The notes under the pieces are model-generated. The model was not told the origin of the DNA. It saw only the letters and a list, made by a program, of their open reading frames with translations, and did not search any database. A program made the translations under genes and the position numbers. Source: Camelus dromedarius (lineage: Eukaryota). From it: DNA of 64,000 bases. The stretch covers positions 3,720,001 through 3,784,000 of the forward strand of contig NC_087437.1 in the NCBI RefSeq assembly GCF_036321535.1, in the 5' to 3' direction. Below are positions 1-12,532 of the stretch, piece by piece; position 1 is the stretch's first letter; every line of letters starts with the position of its first letter.

Positions 1-536
1 GTTACTGCTATTAAGTAAAGCCTGTATGTGGCGGGGGCGGGGGGGGGGGGGTTATCACTAGGTCATGCAGTGCCCGGAACAGACGTGAGAGGACGTGCCC
101 AGCGCTGTCCCCTCTGCAGCCAGTTTTCACCATCTGAGGACTGTCTACCTGGTCAGTGAGCTACTTAAAGTTCCCTTCTTTTCTTTCCTGCTGTTTAATC
201 AATTTGAAGTCAATAACTTCATGAGGTATTCTAGCAGGGAAAAATCAAGTAAGTTAGTGTTTTAGGGACTCTAGCAAGTCCGAGGGCCAAGAAATGGGGC
301 AAAAAATAAAAACTGAAAAATTTAGATACTAGTGGATTTGAATGATTATGCTAATTCAGATGATATACAACACAAAATACACACACACACACAGACTGTG
401 ATTTGTTGTTATACTATGGAAAACCTGTTACACAGATGTAGTGTGCCTGTACCATACATCTCGCTTCCTGTTAAATCACACCCTCTGTACTATGAGTACT
501 GCCTAATTTCTGTATCTTCAACACCCATAAGATTTT

Positions 537-708
537 ATTTTTAAAATTTTAATGTATTTATTTGTTTTTTTGTTTGTTTTTGTTTGTTTGGGGGAGGTAA
601 TTAGGTTTATTTATTTATATTGTTTTTTAACAGAGGTACTGGGGATTGAAACTAGGACCTCATGCATGCTAAGCATTCACTCTACCACTGAGCTATACCA
701 CCCCCCCC
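537..708 (-). mobile_element. Full-length tRNA-derived SINE, camelid Vic-1-like
   Basis: Minus GGTATAGCTCAGTGGTAGAG (A box)...GTCCTAGTTTCAATCCCCAGTACC (B box)...AAATAAATAAACCTAATTACCTCCCCC + A-rich tail; TSD caacacccataagatttt (519-536) / caacatccacaagatttt (709-726). Confidence 0.85.
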
Positions 709-817
709 CAACATCCACAAGATTTTAATGTTAATAGTTGAAACTGGAAGAACATTAACTTATGGCAGGAAATCATTCTGGGGGGAGGTTCAAAATCTGA
801 ACAAAAGGATAGGCACA

Positions 818-823
818 TTTATT
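818..823 (-). terminator. Candidate distal polyadenylation signal AATAAA
   Basis: Minus ...catacgaAATAAAtgtgcctatccttttgttcagatttt; U-rich downstream. Confidence 0.5.
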
Positions 824-2182
824 TCGTATGAATCATACTCTGAACCTAAAATGCAGACAGCAAAAGACTGACGTGCACTTAACATGTTTTTCAAGTCTTT
901 GTAACAGAGAAGAAAACTCATTACAAAATGTACATACGAGACCCCACGGTCACTAAAGATAAAGTCGAGACAATGGCTTCCATGTACATTTGACTACTGA
1001 GCCTTAAAGAATAAAGCAGAATAAACTGCAGACACCTCAGGTCCTACTACTAAAGAGCTTCAGTACCAAGGACCCAAAGAAGAGCCATCTTCCCAACTGT
1101 TAATGACAGCACTTCAGTGCTAACACTGCAGTGTAACACTAGTGATGACAACCAGAGTGCTTCATCCTGACAGGCTGACAAATGAAGAATTATAAAGCAC
1201 AAAGCTCACTAACTTCAAGAAGAATTAAACATTAAGAACCTGAGACTCATTTCTGTTTCAGAGAGAAATATTCAACAGGAAAACTGATTTCAAATTTTGA
1301 ATTTCTGGCCCAAATTTGCCGCATACTCAACACCGACGACCTGTACCTCACCAAGCTACTGTAACCACTGTCGGCACACCAGGGCCAGCCCGCGCCTCCC
1401 CGGTGCGCCCGCTGAAACACGGAGACTGGACAGACAGACAGAAGGGAGCAGAGGGCAGGCTCGGGGCATGGCTGCCGCCTCGGCCAGGTTGCTGCACACA
1501 GGCGAGTAGCAGGGCCGCAGTCCTCCACGCGTCCTCCGGCTCCCGAACCGTCTGTTCAGGCTGTGGCTTTTCTACTCTTTACGTACAGCATCCTATACCT
1601 CCTAAGAAAGGTTCTTTAAAATACACAAAAAAAGATATTAAAAATAGTAAAATTCAGATATTCAGATGAGAGACTTGGATTTATATTTAGGGGATGACAA
1701 AATGATATCTGACAAAGTATGTAATTATATTTAACTCTAAAATTAGGCATAACACATTAATAAAACTTCCTATAAATTTCAGCCCAACAGTCTTAAATAT
1801 TTTTGATTCTATGCCTAAGTGTCAGTTACAGACATGGCTGCCCTACTACCTAAATGCCACTCGATAGCCTTGTAGTAATTCTGCTGAACCAAAGACTCAT
1901 ACTGAAAAAACAAAAGAGACAAAAAAAGGCAACCATTTACACTTACTAAGAAAAGCAAACATTTACTTCAAATTGCAGTATAGGCTTTTCAATCACAAAA
2001 AGAAAGAAAAGAACAGTGATCTGACAGTGGTCACATCCTGTGCAAAAAACGTGAGATACAAAAATGGTAACACAAGGTAGGTGAGCTGCTTACACTGCAG
2101 GGAAAGGAAATACAGCAGCTGAAACAGGGCACCCCTGGGAATCAACCTCCAAACCAAAGGGAATGCCTCCGAAATGATTCAA

Positions 2183-2188
2183 TTTATT
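2183..2188 (-). terminator. Candidate proximal polyadenylation signal AATAAA
   Basis: Minus ...acacaAATAAAttgaatcatttcggaggcattccctttggtttggaggttg; upstream TGTA and downstream GU-rich tract. Confidence 0.55.
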
Positions 2189-2599
2189 TGTGTATTAGTA
2201 AGAAAGCCCCACCACCATAAATAGTACAATATTTAAAAATTAAAAAAAAAATCATATCTATCTAAGATAGATTGTATATTTTAACTGTTAGACCTCTTTT
2301 TAAGTGCAGAAGGTGGTTCAGGTTTTGCCTTTTTTTTAAATTAAATAACTGCCCATACGCTTTATAAAGTTCCACTCAATGGCAAAAGCCAATTTAAATC
2401 AAGGAATTTGTTATCAAAGTTGCATAATTTCATTTGGGACTGCCAGCAGGTTAAAGTCTCAAATCAAGTCTTTAACGCCCATTTCCAGTCAATGAAAAAT
2501 TCAGAAGTTCTCAAATCTTCATTATCGTCTTGAACTTGCCCCTCTAAATGATCCTCAGACTACAATTCCGAGTCTGCAAATAAAAGAATGCAATATGCA

Positions 2600-2730
2600 T
2601 CATACTTCAAGAAAGGACGGCGGTGTGGCGGGGGCGTGCTTCTGGGTCTTCTCTCGGCTCCGTTCCACCTTCTTTATAATCTCGGCCACTACACACACCG
2701 ACGAGGTGAGACCCAGAAGGAACAGCAGAT
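2600..2730 (-). CDS. ATP2C1: ATP2C1 exon 27 coding part (131 nt incl. TGA), (D)[46 protein letters not shown]1a C-terminus
   Basis: ctcgtag|ATCTG...GAAGTATGA; stop at 2600-2602; exon lengths sum to 2400 nt. Confidence 0.95.
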
Positions 2731-3929
2731 CTACGAGAGAAAAGAAGTTGGGTTTTACAATTCTTTAAAATTTACAGTTGCAAAGCTTCATAGCTTACAT
2801 TCTTCTAGAATTTTACCACAGCTTTTAAAATACATTATTTCACAACCATTTCATGAAGTACACAATCAGCCTCAGCTTAAAAATAAGGAGTTAAATAACC
2901 CACGTGAAGTCCTGCGGCGAGGAAAGGCAGGAGGCAGGGAACCTGAGCCCAGGTCCCCTCCCTGCTGCCCTGACCCCAAGCCGCCAACAGCAGCACAAGC
3001 AACAGTTTCCTACTTAGCAGATCACACAGCCTCTCTCAAAGGCTGTTCAAGCAGTGGTGACTAACTTAATCTAAAAATGTCTATCTGAAGATTACGCAGA
3101 AATGTCCATACACTCCATCTAAAAGGCCAGAGGAACTCACTGTTTAAAGACCATGTGTTTACAATGGTATCACACCACCTCATTCTTATTTACTGCTTTA
3201 AAAACTGTACCTATCTCAAAACTCCATTTTTTTAAGAGGAAGGAATGTGAATTGAAATTAAAACACTAAAGTTAAACTACTTCAACTGTAAGGTGAACTT
3301 CAACTTACAGCAAAAAATAGTGGTTCATACATATCTAAATTAATTAAAAAACCCAAGAATTAGAAGTAGCATTATCATAAAATGTATCAGTACTCACACT
3401 CACATAGGAAGATTAATTTTAAATGTACTCTACAATAACACATTTAGTGCATGGTATGTGAAAGAATAATGTCCACCTTCCACATCAGCTTAATAAACTT
3501 TGTTTTTAGGCCAGGCTGTTATTTCATAAAATAAGAATGTGCAAATTAGCAAGTAAGAATAGAAAAATATTAGTTTAACTGTCAAACCTGTAATTTTAAA
3601 GAAGAACCATTTGGTTTTCAGTGAGCTTAAATCTAGTTTTTTTCTTCATACAAGGTTAAAAAGTCATAATCTACAATTACTCTAATAAGTTTGGATTTGC
3701 TATGTTTCAGAATCACCAAATATGATTCTGACAACTGATAACCTATAAAAAAGATACCAAAAAAAATTACAAAAAAAAAATTAAAAACCCAGAGTTAAAA
3801 AAGTGACTCCCCTAAACTTCTTCAAATGAGAAAACAGTACATGCATTTTTCAAAGCAAGCCAGTCACTCCTCTTATTTCACTTTTTAAAAGAAAATTTGT
3901 CTTAGAACAAATGCATCAGAAAACACTCA

Positions 3930-4142
<213 letters not shown>

Positions 4143-5246
4143 TTATTACTCCTTGGTCACAGAAGCAGTTTCTCTATTATTACACTCACCTCCAATTTTT
4201 AATAAGCTAGACTAAATTCTACAATAGCAGTACCATGAAATCTCTTAATTTTAACTACTATTTTGGAGTAATTCAGGTGGAATACGGGTCTATTTTAAAG
4301 CAGCTTCTCCTTATCAAGGGCTTTCCTTAAGAGTGATAGTATTAAGAAAGAAAAAAAAAAAAAAAAAAGGACCACAGAAACTTACTTGAACACTCCAAAG
4401 CACAAGAAACTTCATTTGTATATGCTCAGTTTGCTAAATCATTTCTATCATTTACTAAGGTGCATAATCTAGAAACCTTTCTCAAAGAATGGACTTAGTT
4501 ATTTATATGTGTATCGAAAAAGCAGACGTGCCTTTCATAAGACAAAAACAAACACAACAGCTTCTTTGAAAATCAGTCTAAATGAATGACACTTCACTGT
4601 ACTTGGAAAGTTCAGGCATGGTGGCGAGTGGTAACAGGTACAGCTCGACTCACAAGGTGCTCTAGAACTGAAATGAACAGTCGGGCCTCAAATGGAACTA
4701 GTTCCCAAGAACAACATACTATATGACCAAGTACCATTAGGATCTAGGCCATTATTTTCTACCAAAGCACTTCGATCAACAAAAGGCAAACCACCTTAAG
4801 ATACAGGGAAGAAAAGAAAATTTACAATGCCCTAGCTTTGACACACTGATGGAAGCAATGGGAAACAGTGAGCAAGCACAGAACTGTTCTGTGCTTCTAG
4901 TAACACTTTCTTCTAAAGCAAGACTAATGCCACCTTCACAGAAGCCACGAGTTTGTCCCGCGCACAGATGATGTTAACTTGAACCTGTCACACGGCTACA
5001 GATAACAAGAGAATGAAAAGAAGAACAACTGGGTGATGACACCTGTGATTTACTTTGATCTTCCGGCCAAAGTTTGGGCTTAGTACCTCGGCTGCCCTCC
5101 GCACTGTGACACATGGTTGCAGGCACATGTTTGTGGGGAGGCTGTATCTGGGGCTGTAACTGTGGCTACAACAGCAAGCAAAGCTAAAAGCCTGCCATCT
5201 TTGCCCACGTACAGTCAGACAGCGCTCTACCCAACTCAGTGCATCA

Positions 5247-5366
<120 letters not shown>

Positions 5367-5868
5367 TCATGAGGGAAAAAGACTTTCAGCTGGCTGAATG
5401 TAACGGACAAATACTGCATGCTTTCAAAAGGTTAATATTTTCTTTCTCTTAGAATAAACTAGCTCTTAGTCTATGATATAAAACATGTAAGCAACCTAAA
5501 TTTCCTACATGCCATCTGAATAAGTCACCTAATGAACAGCTGTAAGTCTACATAAAGTAAAACATCTTCTCACAAACCATATATTGGATATTAAAATAGC
5601 TTTCTTTTTTGATGACAATTAAGTGGCTATAGTAAAGACTCAAATTTTCTAACTTCTTCCCGATTTTTCATATATTAATTTTTATTGTATCTGATACTGC
5701 AGATTTAAATTACTCTAATATATGAATTAGGAACTCTAGTAACCCATAAATATTGAAATCAAACTAGTTTTAAATATTTTTATTGTTTTTCAAAGAGCGC
5801 TCCTAACTTTCCAGCCTTCCCTTTAATACACCAAAAATAACTGAGTCTACGGTACAGAATGCATGTTA

Positions 5869-6045
<177 letters not shown>

Positions 6046-6856
6046 TCAAAACAAACAGGAAAGTGAATTACTTTCAAGTTTTAAGTAAGATTTGGATTCA
6101 TTACTTTCACAACCTCACTGATCTCAATCATCCCAGAAACTAAGTGCCCTCTATGGAAAGAAAATGTTGAATCACAAAGAAAACCCTGGCTGTGATTACT
6201 AGAAAATAACCACAGATTTTATCACTGTTCTCCTCTTTTGTTCACTTGGCAGTTTGACAGGACTGATAATCAAATTTCAAAAGATTGTCCAATGTCATTA
6301 ACATACAAGTTTACTTATTTCAAAAATGGCCTGAGATACTTGACCTGCCAACTGGACTTTGAAACATCTTTCATACAAGGAAGTTTCAACTAGGACAATT
6401 GCTGTAATGATCACTGACACATGCCGCTCTGTGTTGGGAAGCGACATCTATGTTCCCATTCTTGTAAAAGAACATACTTAGCTGCTTAGGTCTTTCAAAA
6501 CTTCCTCAAAGTCTCTAGGACACAACAGATTGTACGTAATAACACTAAACCCAGAGATTTCCCCATCACCTCCTATTCTGAGAAACAAAAAGCTTACTTC
6601 GAGGATAGGGACTGCATCTGTTCCCTGCTCTGTTCTCAGCTTAAGGCTGGGCATCAAACAGTGTAAAAGCTCAGATCCTCGATGCACGAGTGGGCACCCA
6701 GAGAAAATGAGTGACATGCTCACATTACACAATTCCTAACAAACATAGCAGGACAAAGATTTCCAAGGCTACCCATGAATGAAGTCTTAGAGATTAATTA
6801 TCAGGATATCATGCTATTCTTGTCTTTCCAGTTTACACACAACAGAAAAAACCTCA

Positions 6857-7030
<174 letters not shown>

Positions 7031-7601
7031 TCACGTTCCTAGCATTTAAAAATCTCATGTTACTGCTGCTCTTTTAAAGGAAGCCTGTACTTCCAAGTAA
7101 CCTAATGCTTCATTAGTGTGAACACTTCGAAGCTAAGAGTTAACCCTTACAACCCACAGCATTTTTATAAAGGATTCTCAAGGTGTTAGAGAACAGCAAG
7201 CAAAGGAAGATTTTAAACTGAGCTCAGAGAACACTGAACAGTTTCGATGATACGTGTATAACAGTGTTTTCACAACACAAAAGCCCTCTACTTTTGGAAA
7301 AAGATACCAAGAAGAAACACTAAAAGTTGACACCCTTTCCTCAGTTACTTCAGGAGCTATCACATAAGCCACAAAGGTTTACATACTTTGGTGATGGTAC
7401 AGACATCTAATTTGCACACTTAGAACCTCTTTATCATAATGCTTTTAGTTTTAGGATAGAATTCAATTTTCACACTGGAAAACTTACATATGAACCTCCC
7501 TCAGAAATACAGCCCAGAAGCTTCCCAGAGTTCTGTTTGAATTCTACTTTTCAAATAATTTATCTGTAAGACCCATGGTGATAAACTTCTTACAAACTTA
7601 C

Positions 7602-7670
7602 GTGCTTAGCTGGAATCTAACAAAATTTTTAATGTTATTATAAATCCCTTTACCCTCTTCAATTGCAGAC
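7602..7670 (-). CDS. ATP2C1: ATP2C1 exon 22 (69 nt), (M)[22 protein letters not shown](T)
   Basis: tttcag|GTCTGC...AGCAC|gtaagt. Confidence 0.96.
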
Positions 7671-8945
7671 CTGAAATTTAAAAAATAAAATTGTGAGAAA
7701 GTATTACCACAGAAAAATAAGGATACAACAATACTATAACAATGTAGAACTAATTTTGAAAACAAATCTCCAACTGATAAAACACATACATCAGTAAAAG
7801 AATCTATTATTTCCTTCATGTAATTAAAATAATAAAAAAAAATATGGAACCACTATTCTAGCAAGGAATTAAAGTCAAGCCTGCTACACTTTACCCAAAC
7901 TAATTTCATAACACAATGTTAAAATTTTATTCTTAAAAAGACATTTCAACATTAAAATCTCTACACAGAAGACAATAATACACATTTATAACACAAAAAT
8001 AATCTTTGCCCCTCCAAGTTTATTTTTCTTAAAGGTACAAGATGCATGCATGGTAAGGGGTTAAATTAATGTAAGTCAAGAATTAAACAGCAATGAGATA
8101 CAGAATTATAGATTTTAAGGTATCTGATCTTCCTACACATAATTACATATATGTTGTACTAGAATTATAGAAACAATACAGTTTACAAAGATTCATGTAA
8201 ATTTTCTCAATTGTTTTGCTCAATCTAGAAAATATGTGTTTTAACTTCCCCTATTTTTATAAGACTCTAAGAATGGAAAGTGAAATAACTATGTCCTTCC
8301 AAGAGCCTGGCAATTCTGGGTCCTGAGGGCCCGCATGCTCCACTTCAGGCCACAGTGTGTTAACGAGCATCTGAGACATCACTGAAATCAGACTCAGATC
8401 GTCCAGCAGGTGATGCTCAGTGACCCCACCTGAACACTGTCAGACTGACCAGCAGGTATTACACAAGACTCTTAAGTCAACTAGAAACTGTGGATGAAAC
8501 AAAGCTATTCAGACAATAAACTGCGTAACTGCACCACTGACAACGTGATCCACTCCTGACGTAAGGAAACAGATATGGACGGGAACTTCATAATACTCAC
8601 TCTAAGGCCAAAGCACATGCTTGTTTCTGAGAGCCTGACTTGACCAGAATGAAGGCCCCATGAAGGTCCACTACTGTGCCACCACAACAGTGGCCAGAAA
8701 AATGTGACACCTGGCTGGTACGCAGTGAGTATTTCTAAGTGTACAGCCCATTTACTGTGTCCATTCCATACAGATAATCTTCCCGCAAAACAACACAAGG
8801 TAAGATTAACAGATCTAGTAAACTAGCTTCGCTCATGCAATGTCTAAATACTGCTGCATTCTCTTCCAGTGAATAATCTGCGGCTAGGGTGCGGGAAAGG
8901 AGGGGAGGAGGTTCTCTGACACACACTCATGGAAGGAAAACTTAC

Positions 8946-9112
8946 ATGATGGTCTGGAAATCATCATCCACAAGGATCATGTCTGCTGCCTCCTTGCAGA
9001 CGTCTGTGCCAGTCTGACCCATTGCGACCCCAATGTCTGCAGCCTTCAGAGCAACCGCATCATTTACCCCATCTCCCGTCATGGCCACGACCGAACCATT
9101 CTTCTGCAGAGA
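8946..9112 (-). CDS. ATP2C1: ATP2C1 exon 21 (167 nt), [55 protein letters not shown](M)
   Basis: ctgcag|TCTCTG...ATCAT|gtaagt; TGDGVND hinge motif. Confidence 0.97.
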
Positions 9113-9348
9113 CTGCAGAGCAGAGAAGCCAGAGGGAGGGATTCTGATTAACATGCTGCTTCCATACAGATAAGGGGCTAAACAAATCCTCCCCACTCCC
9201 CTCACACGATTAAAGACTCAAAACTATACAGACCATCACTTTTTCAATAAACTTCAATATATGGTGGTCTTAAAGCTTAGAAAAGCCACTATTAACATTC
9301 CCACGTGTGAGAACTATACATGTAAAGCCTGATGCAGAGTCAGTTACA

Positions 9349-9555
9349 CAGCGGTATGCTCTCAGGGGTAATTCTGTCTCCTAGGGGACATCTGAGTGTC
9401 TGGAGATGTTCAGATCGTTATGACTTCAGGGTGCCACTGGCTCTAGAGGGGAGGGGCCAGGGATGCTGCTAAACTTCTTATAATACACAGGCCAGCCCCT
9501 CACGACGAGGAGTTATCCAGTCCACAGTGTCAGGGGCTAAGGCTGAGAAACTCGG
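9349..9555 (+). mobile_element. MER20 (hAT-Charlie MITE)
   Basis: aggggacatctg...tgtctggaga...ggccagggatgctgctaaac...aggctgagaaact matches the MER20 consensus as recalled. Confidence 0.8.
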
Positions 9556-10009
9556 GCCTGCCGCACTGGAGGACTAAGTGGTGGACACCATGCCAGCCAC
9601 TCTGTATACATACGACTGAGATTAAACCACCACAGCCTTTTAAACATCGTTCACACTCCCGTAACATTTTTTCCTGCTGTATTTATTCAGTTTCTAAGTA
9701 ATTATTCCTATTCACACCAGGATGATTTGGCTATAGACACCCGTCAGAACATACTTGTACACTGTTCAATAGTTTAAAGAAGGTTGTATCTGCACATTTC
9801 ACTGAAGGTTTCTTCTGCATCTTCCTCTGATAGCTAAATTCTCTATTGATGTTTCCATTTCAGGCTTAAAAAAAAAACCTGTTTTGCTTCACAATACTTC
9901 TGACTTTAGTACTCAAATCTATACTCCCAGTAGTAATGCAAGCATAATGAAAGACAGGAAGTAGCATTTTGGATACAGAGATAAAACAATGTGATTCTCA
10001 GAGACCCAC

Positions 10010-10060
10010 CTTAATAATTTTCATCTTGTGCCTCGGACTAGCTCTGTAAAATACTGCAAC
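10010..10060 (-). CDS. ATP2C1: ATP2C1 exon 20 (51 nt), VAVFYRASPRHKMKIIK
   Basis: taacag|GTTGCA...AAG|gtgggt. Confidence 0.96.
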
Positions 10061-10509
10061 CTGTTAAAACAGAGGACATACTAAAAACCTTCACTATTAA
10101 GAAATATCAGAATAAGCTATGCACTTAATAAATTATCAAGTAAACTGTATTTATTCTGCCACAGAGACCAAGCTTAAGAATAAGCCAAACGTTTATTAAG
10201 ACACTCATTTGACAAGGTCATTTCAAACTTCACCAAAGGCACTATCAGATATATACAACCCAAACAACTTACCCAACTCATCCCATTTTGTGTAAGCTCT
10301 GAAGAGAAAACAGCCTTACTCCAGACATGTTCCAGGGACAGACAGAGGAAAAGCTCTCCTGCATGTTTTCTCACGACACTGGCACACAACCAGCACAGCC
10401 TTTCCCCTTTGCCCAGTCTTCGGGAGGTTTAAGGCCACTGCCCTTCTCAGTGTCCACGGAGCCCTTTCTCTGTTGCCAGCAGGACGAAGGGTCTGCTCGC
10501 GCTCTTTCA

Positions 10510-12532
10510 CACACGTGAATCATGAGGGTCTCTTCCATTACATCCCCAGCTGCCCACGAGATCTCGTCGCTCCAAACCATGTAGTCAGTCCCTCTCCTGG
10601 TCTCCTGAAATGCTCTCATTGTGCCCCGAAGTCCATCAACAAATCCCCCATGTTCCCCACTCTTCCCCATAGGGATCTAACCCAACTTTCCCACAAAGCA
10701 GGGGCTGTTCCCACAGTCCTCCCCTCTGCTGTTCCTGAGTCACAGAGCCTCGTTCTGGGCGTCCCGTGACTACTTCCCACTAACTGCTTGAGGCTGTGTC
10801 CCACGTTTCACAAAGACCTGCAACCGCTGCCCCGCCCCTTCCAGTCACGGTGACCTTAAAGCCCACAGAGTCCACCGTTCCCTTCCTACCCCCTGGAGCA
10901 CCAGTCAGCACCAGTCCACACCAGTCCTCCCTCCTCAGATTTCTGATTCATCCTTCTGCAGCCTCACTCCCAGCTGACAAGCTTGTTTCCTACATCCAGA
11001 AAATAGAATCAGAGGGAAATTTCCACAATCCCACCATCCCCTCTGTATCCAGACAAGACCCTCCCCACCCCCACATCACACGTGAACTAGAGGAATATGC
11101 TTCTAGTGCAGGTCAACTCTTCCAGCCTCGCACCTGTTTAAGACCAGACACCAGAATGGCTCCCTGCTGCGGCACCGCTACCATCACTGCTCCAGACATG
11201 CTGCTGCCCCGCCATTCAAACAGAAACAGAAACAAACCTTCCCTGCCTAGCTCAGTACCACCCCACTTCTCCCCTTCTCCTGACAGCACAACTCCCCCAG
11301 GGGGCTGCCTGCACTCACCACGTCCCACTTCTCTCTTCCCTTCTCTCCTGAGTGCCCCCAGTAGCTCCCCTGTCCCCCCTCCCCGGCACTGAAGTCCCCA
11401 CTTGAGAACCGGAGGCTTCCGGCACTGCCAGCACCGGTGGCCACTTCCCAGCACCGGTGGCCACTTCCCACCGGCGTTAAGCCTGAACACAGCGGGGAAC
11501 CCCCTCCTCCTGGGACACCCCCTTCCTGGCTCTGAGACACTCCACCCTCTCGGCTCCTTCTCCTCCTCCCGCGCCTCTGGCTGCCGCTCCAGGCCCTGGC
11601 AGTCCCACAGGGGACGCTGCAGCACTCAGCCCCACCCCCAACACTTCTCTGCAAGAGGTCTCCCCCTAGGGATCATCCGCCTAGTCACATGGGTTTATTT
11701 AGGTGCACTTCTATCTCCAGCCCAGGCATGTCTTCTAAATGCCAGACTGACAAAACTGATGCCCTCTCTACCCCTCATTTCCTCTTGGACGTCTCACCTC
11801 GGACTTAAACATCCCAAACTGAACCCCTCTGACTTCCCCAGACACATGCACTTCATATCCTCTGCCAATGGCAAGTGCACCCTTGCAGGGCTGAGGCTCT
11901 AAATTTGGGGAGCCACCCTGATCCCTCTTTTTCTCTCCCATGCCACAGGCAGTATGAGAACAAACCCTGGGGGCCCATCTTCAAACACATCCAGAATTCA
12001 ACCTCCTTCCTCTGAACCCACTGGCTACACACTGGGCTGATATCTCAGAACTTGTTTTCTTATTTCTGCCCTTGTGACCTGCAGTCTGTTCTCAACACAG
12101 AGGACAGAATGAAACTGTTAATGACAGAAGTCAGGTCACACCGTCCGTGCTCAGAACCTGCCGATGACTTCCCATCTGTCTTGGATGGGAGCCCAAGTCT
12201 TTCCCTGTTTACCAAGTCCTGCACGAAGTGCATGTCCCTCACCCTGAACCACACTGCCTCCTCAGAGTTCCCAAAACATGTCCAGCACACTCGCCCCTCG
12301 GACACTCCACGGCCTGCCCCCCTGCCTCCCCAGGGACGCCGCTCCTGGTCGTGCTGTCTTGGAAACCTCCGTCTCATCCCTGCTTAGGTCGCTGCCCTCA
12401 AGCACTCACCGAACATAACACATATATTTACTTCTCTTAGACTACGAGCCCCACGAGGGCAGAGATTTTTGCCCTGGACCTCCAATGCTCTATAAACACA
12501 TATAAAATGAATGAACAAACAACTGAATGAAT
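10510..12532 (+). mobile_element. L2 (LINE2) ~2 kb 3' portion, degenerate
   Basis: C/T-rich L2 body (ccatcttcaaacacatccagaattcaacc) ending in the L2 tail aaatgaatgaacaaacaactgaatgaat; 5' limit approximate. Confidence 0.7.
11428..11470. repeat. Exact 20-bp tandem duplication (gcaccggtggccacttccca x2)
   Basis: 11431-11450 is identical to 11451-11470. Confidence 0.95.

Larger units (their letters stand above)
795..2599 (-). other. ATP2C1: ATP2C1 3'UTR (distal end approximate)
   Basis: Follows the stop codon; no recognisable repeat until the SINE at 537-708; two AATAAA hexamers on the minus strand. Confidence 0.6.

Noticed and set aside
537..708. tRNA-Ala-like sequence
   Set aside because: Has a SINE tail and TSD and no proper acceptor stem; it is a SINE, not a tRNA gene
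1..800. ATP2C1 exon 28 / ASTE1 overlap known from human
   Set aside because: No matching coding sequence seen; expected further downstream, outside the window
1247..1669. Three ORFs over the GC patch
   Set aside because: Stop-poor GC-rich UTR; no homology recognised
2588..3064. 158-aa plus-strand ORF antisense to exon 27
   Set aside because: No recognisable domain; explained by the GC-rich antisense exon plus chance intronic read-through
10796..11902. Overlapping 135-198 aa ORFs on both strands
   Set aside because: Low-complexity Pro/Ser or Gly/Arg translations of a C-rich decayed L2
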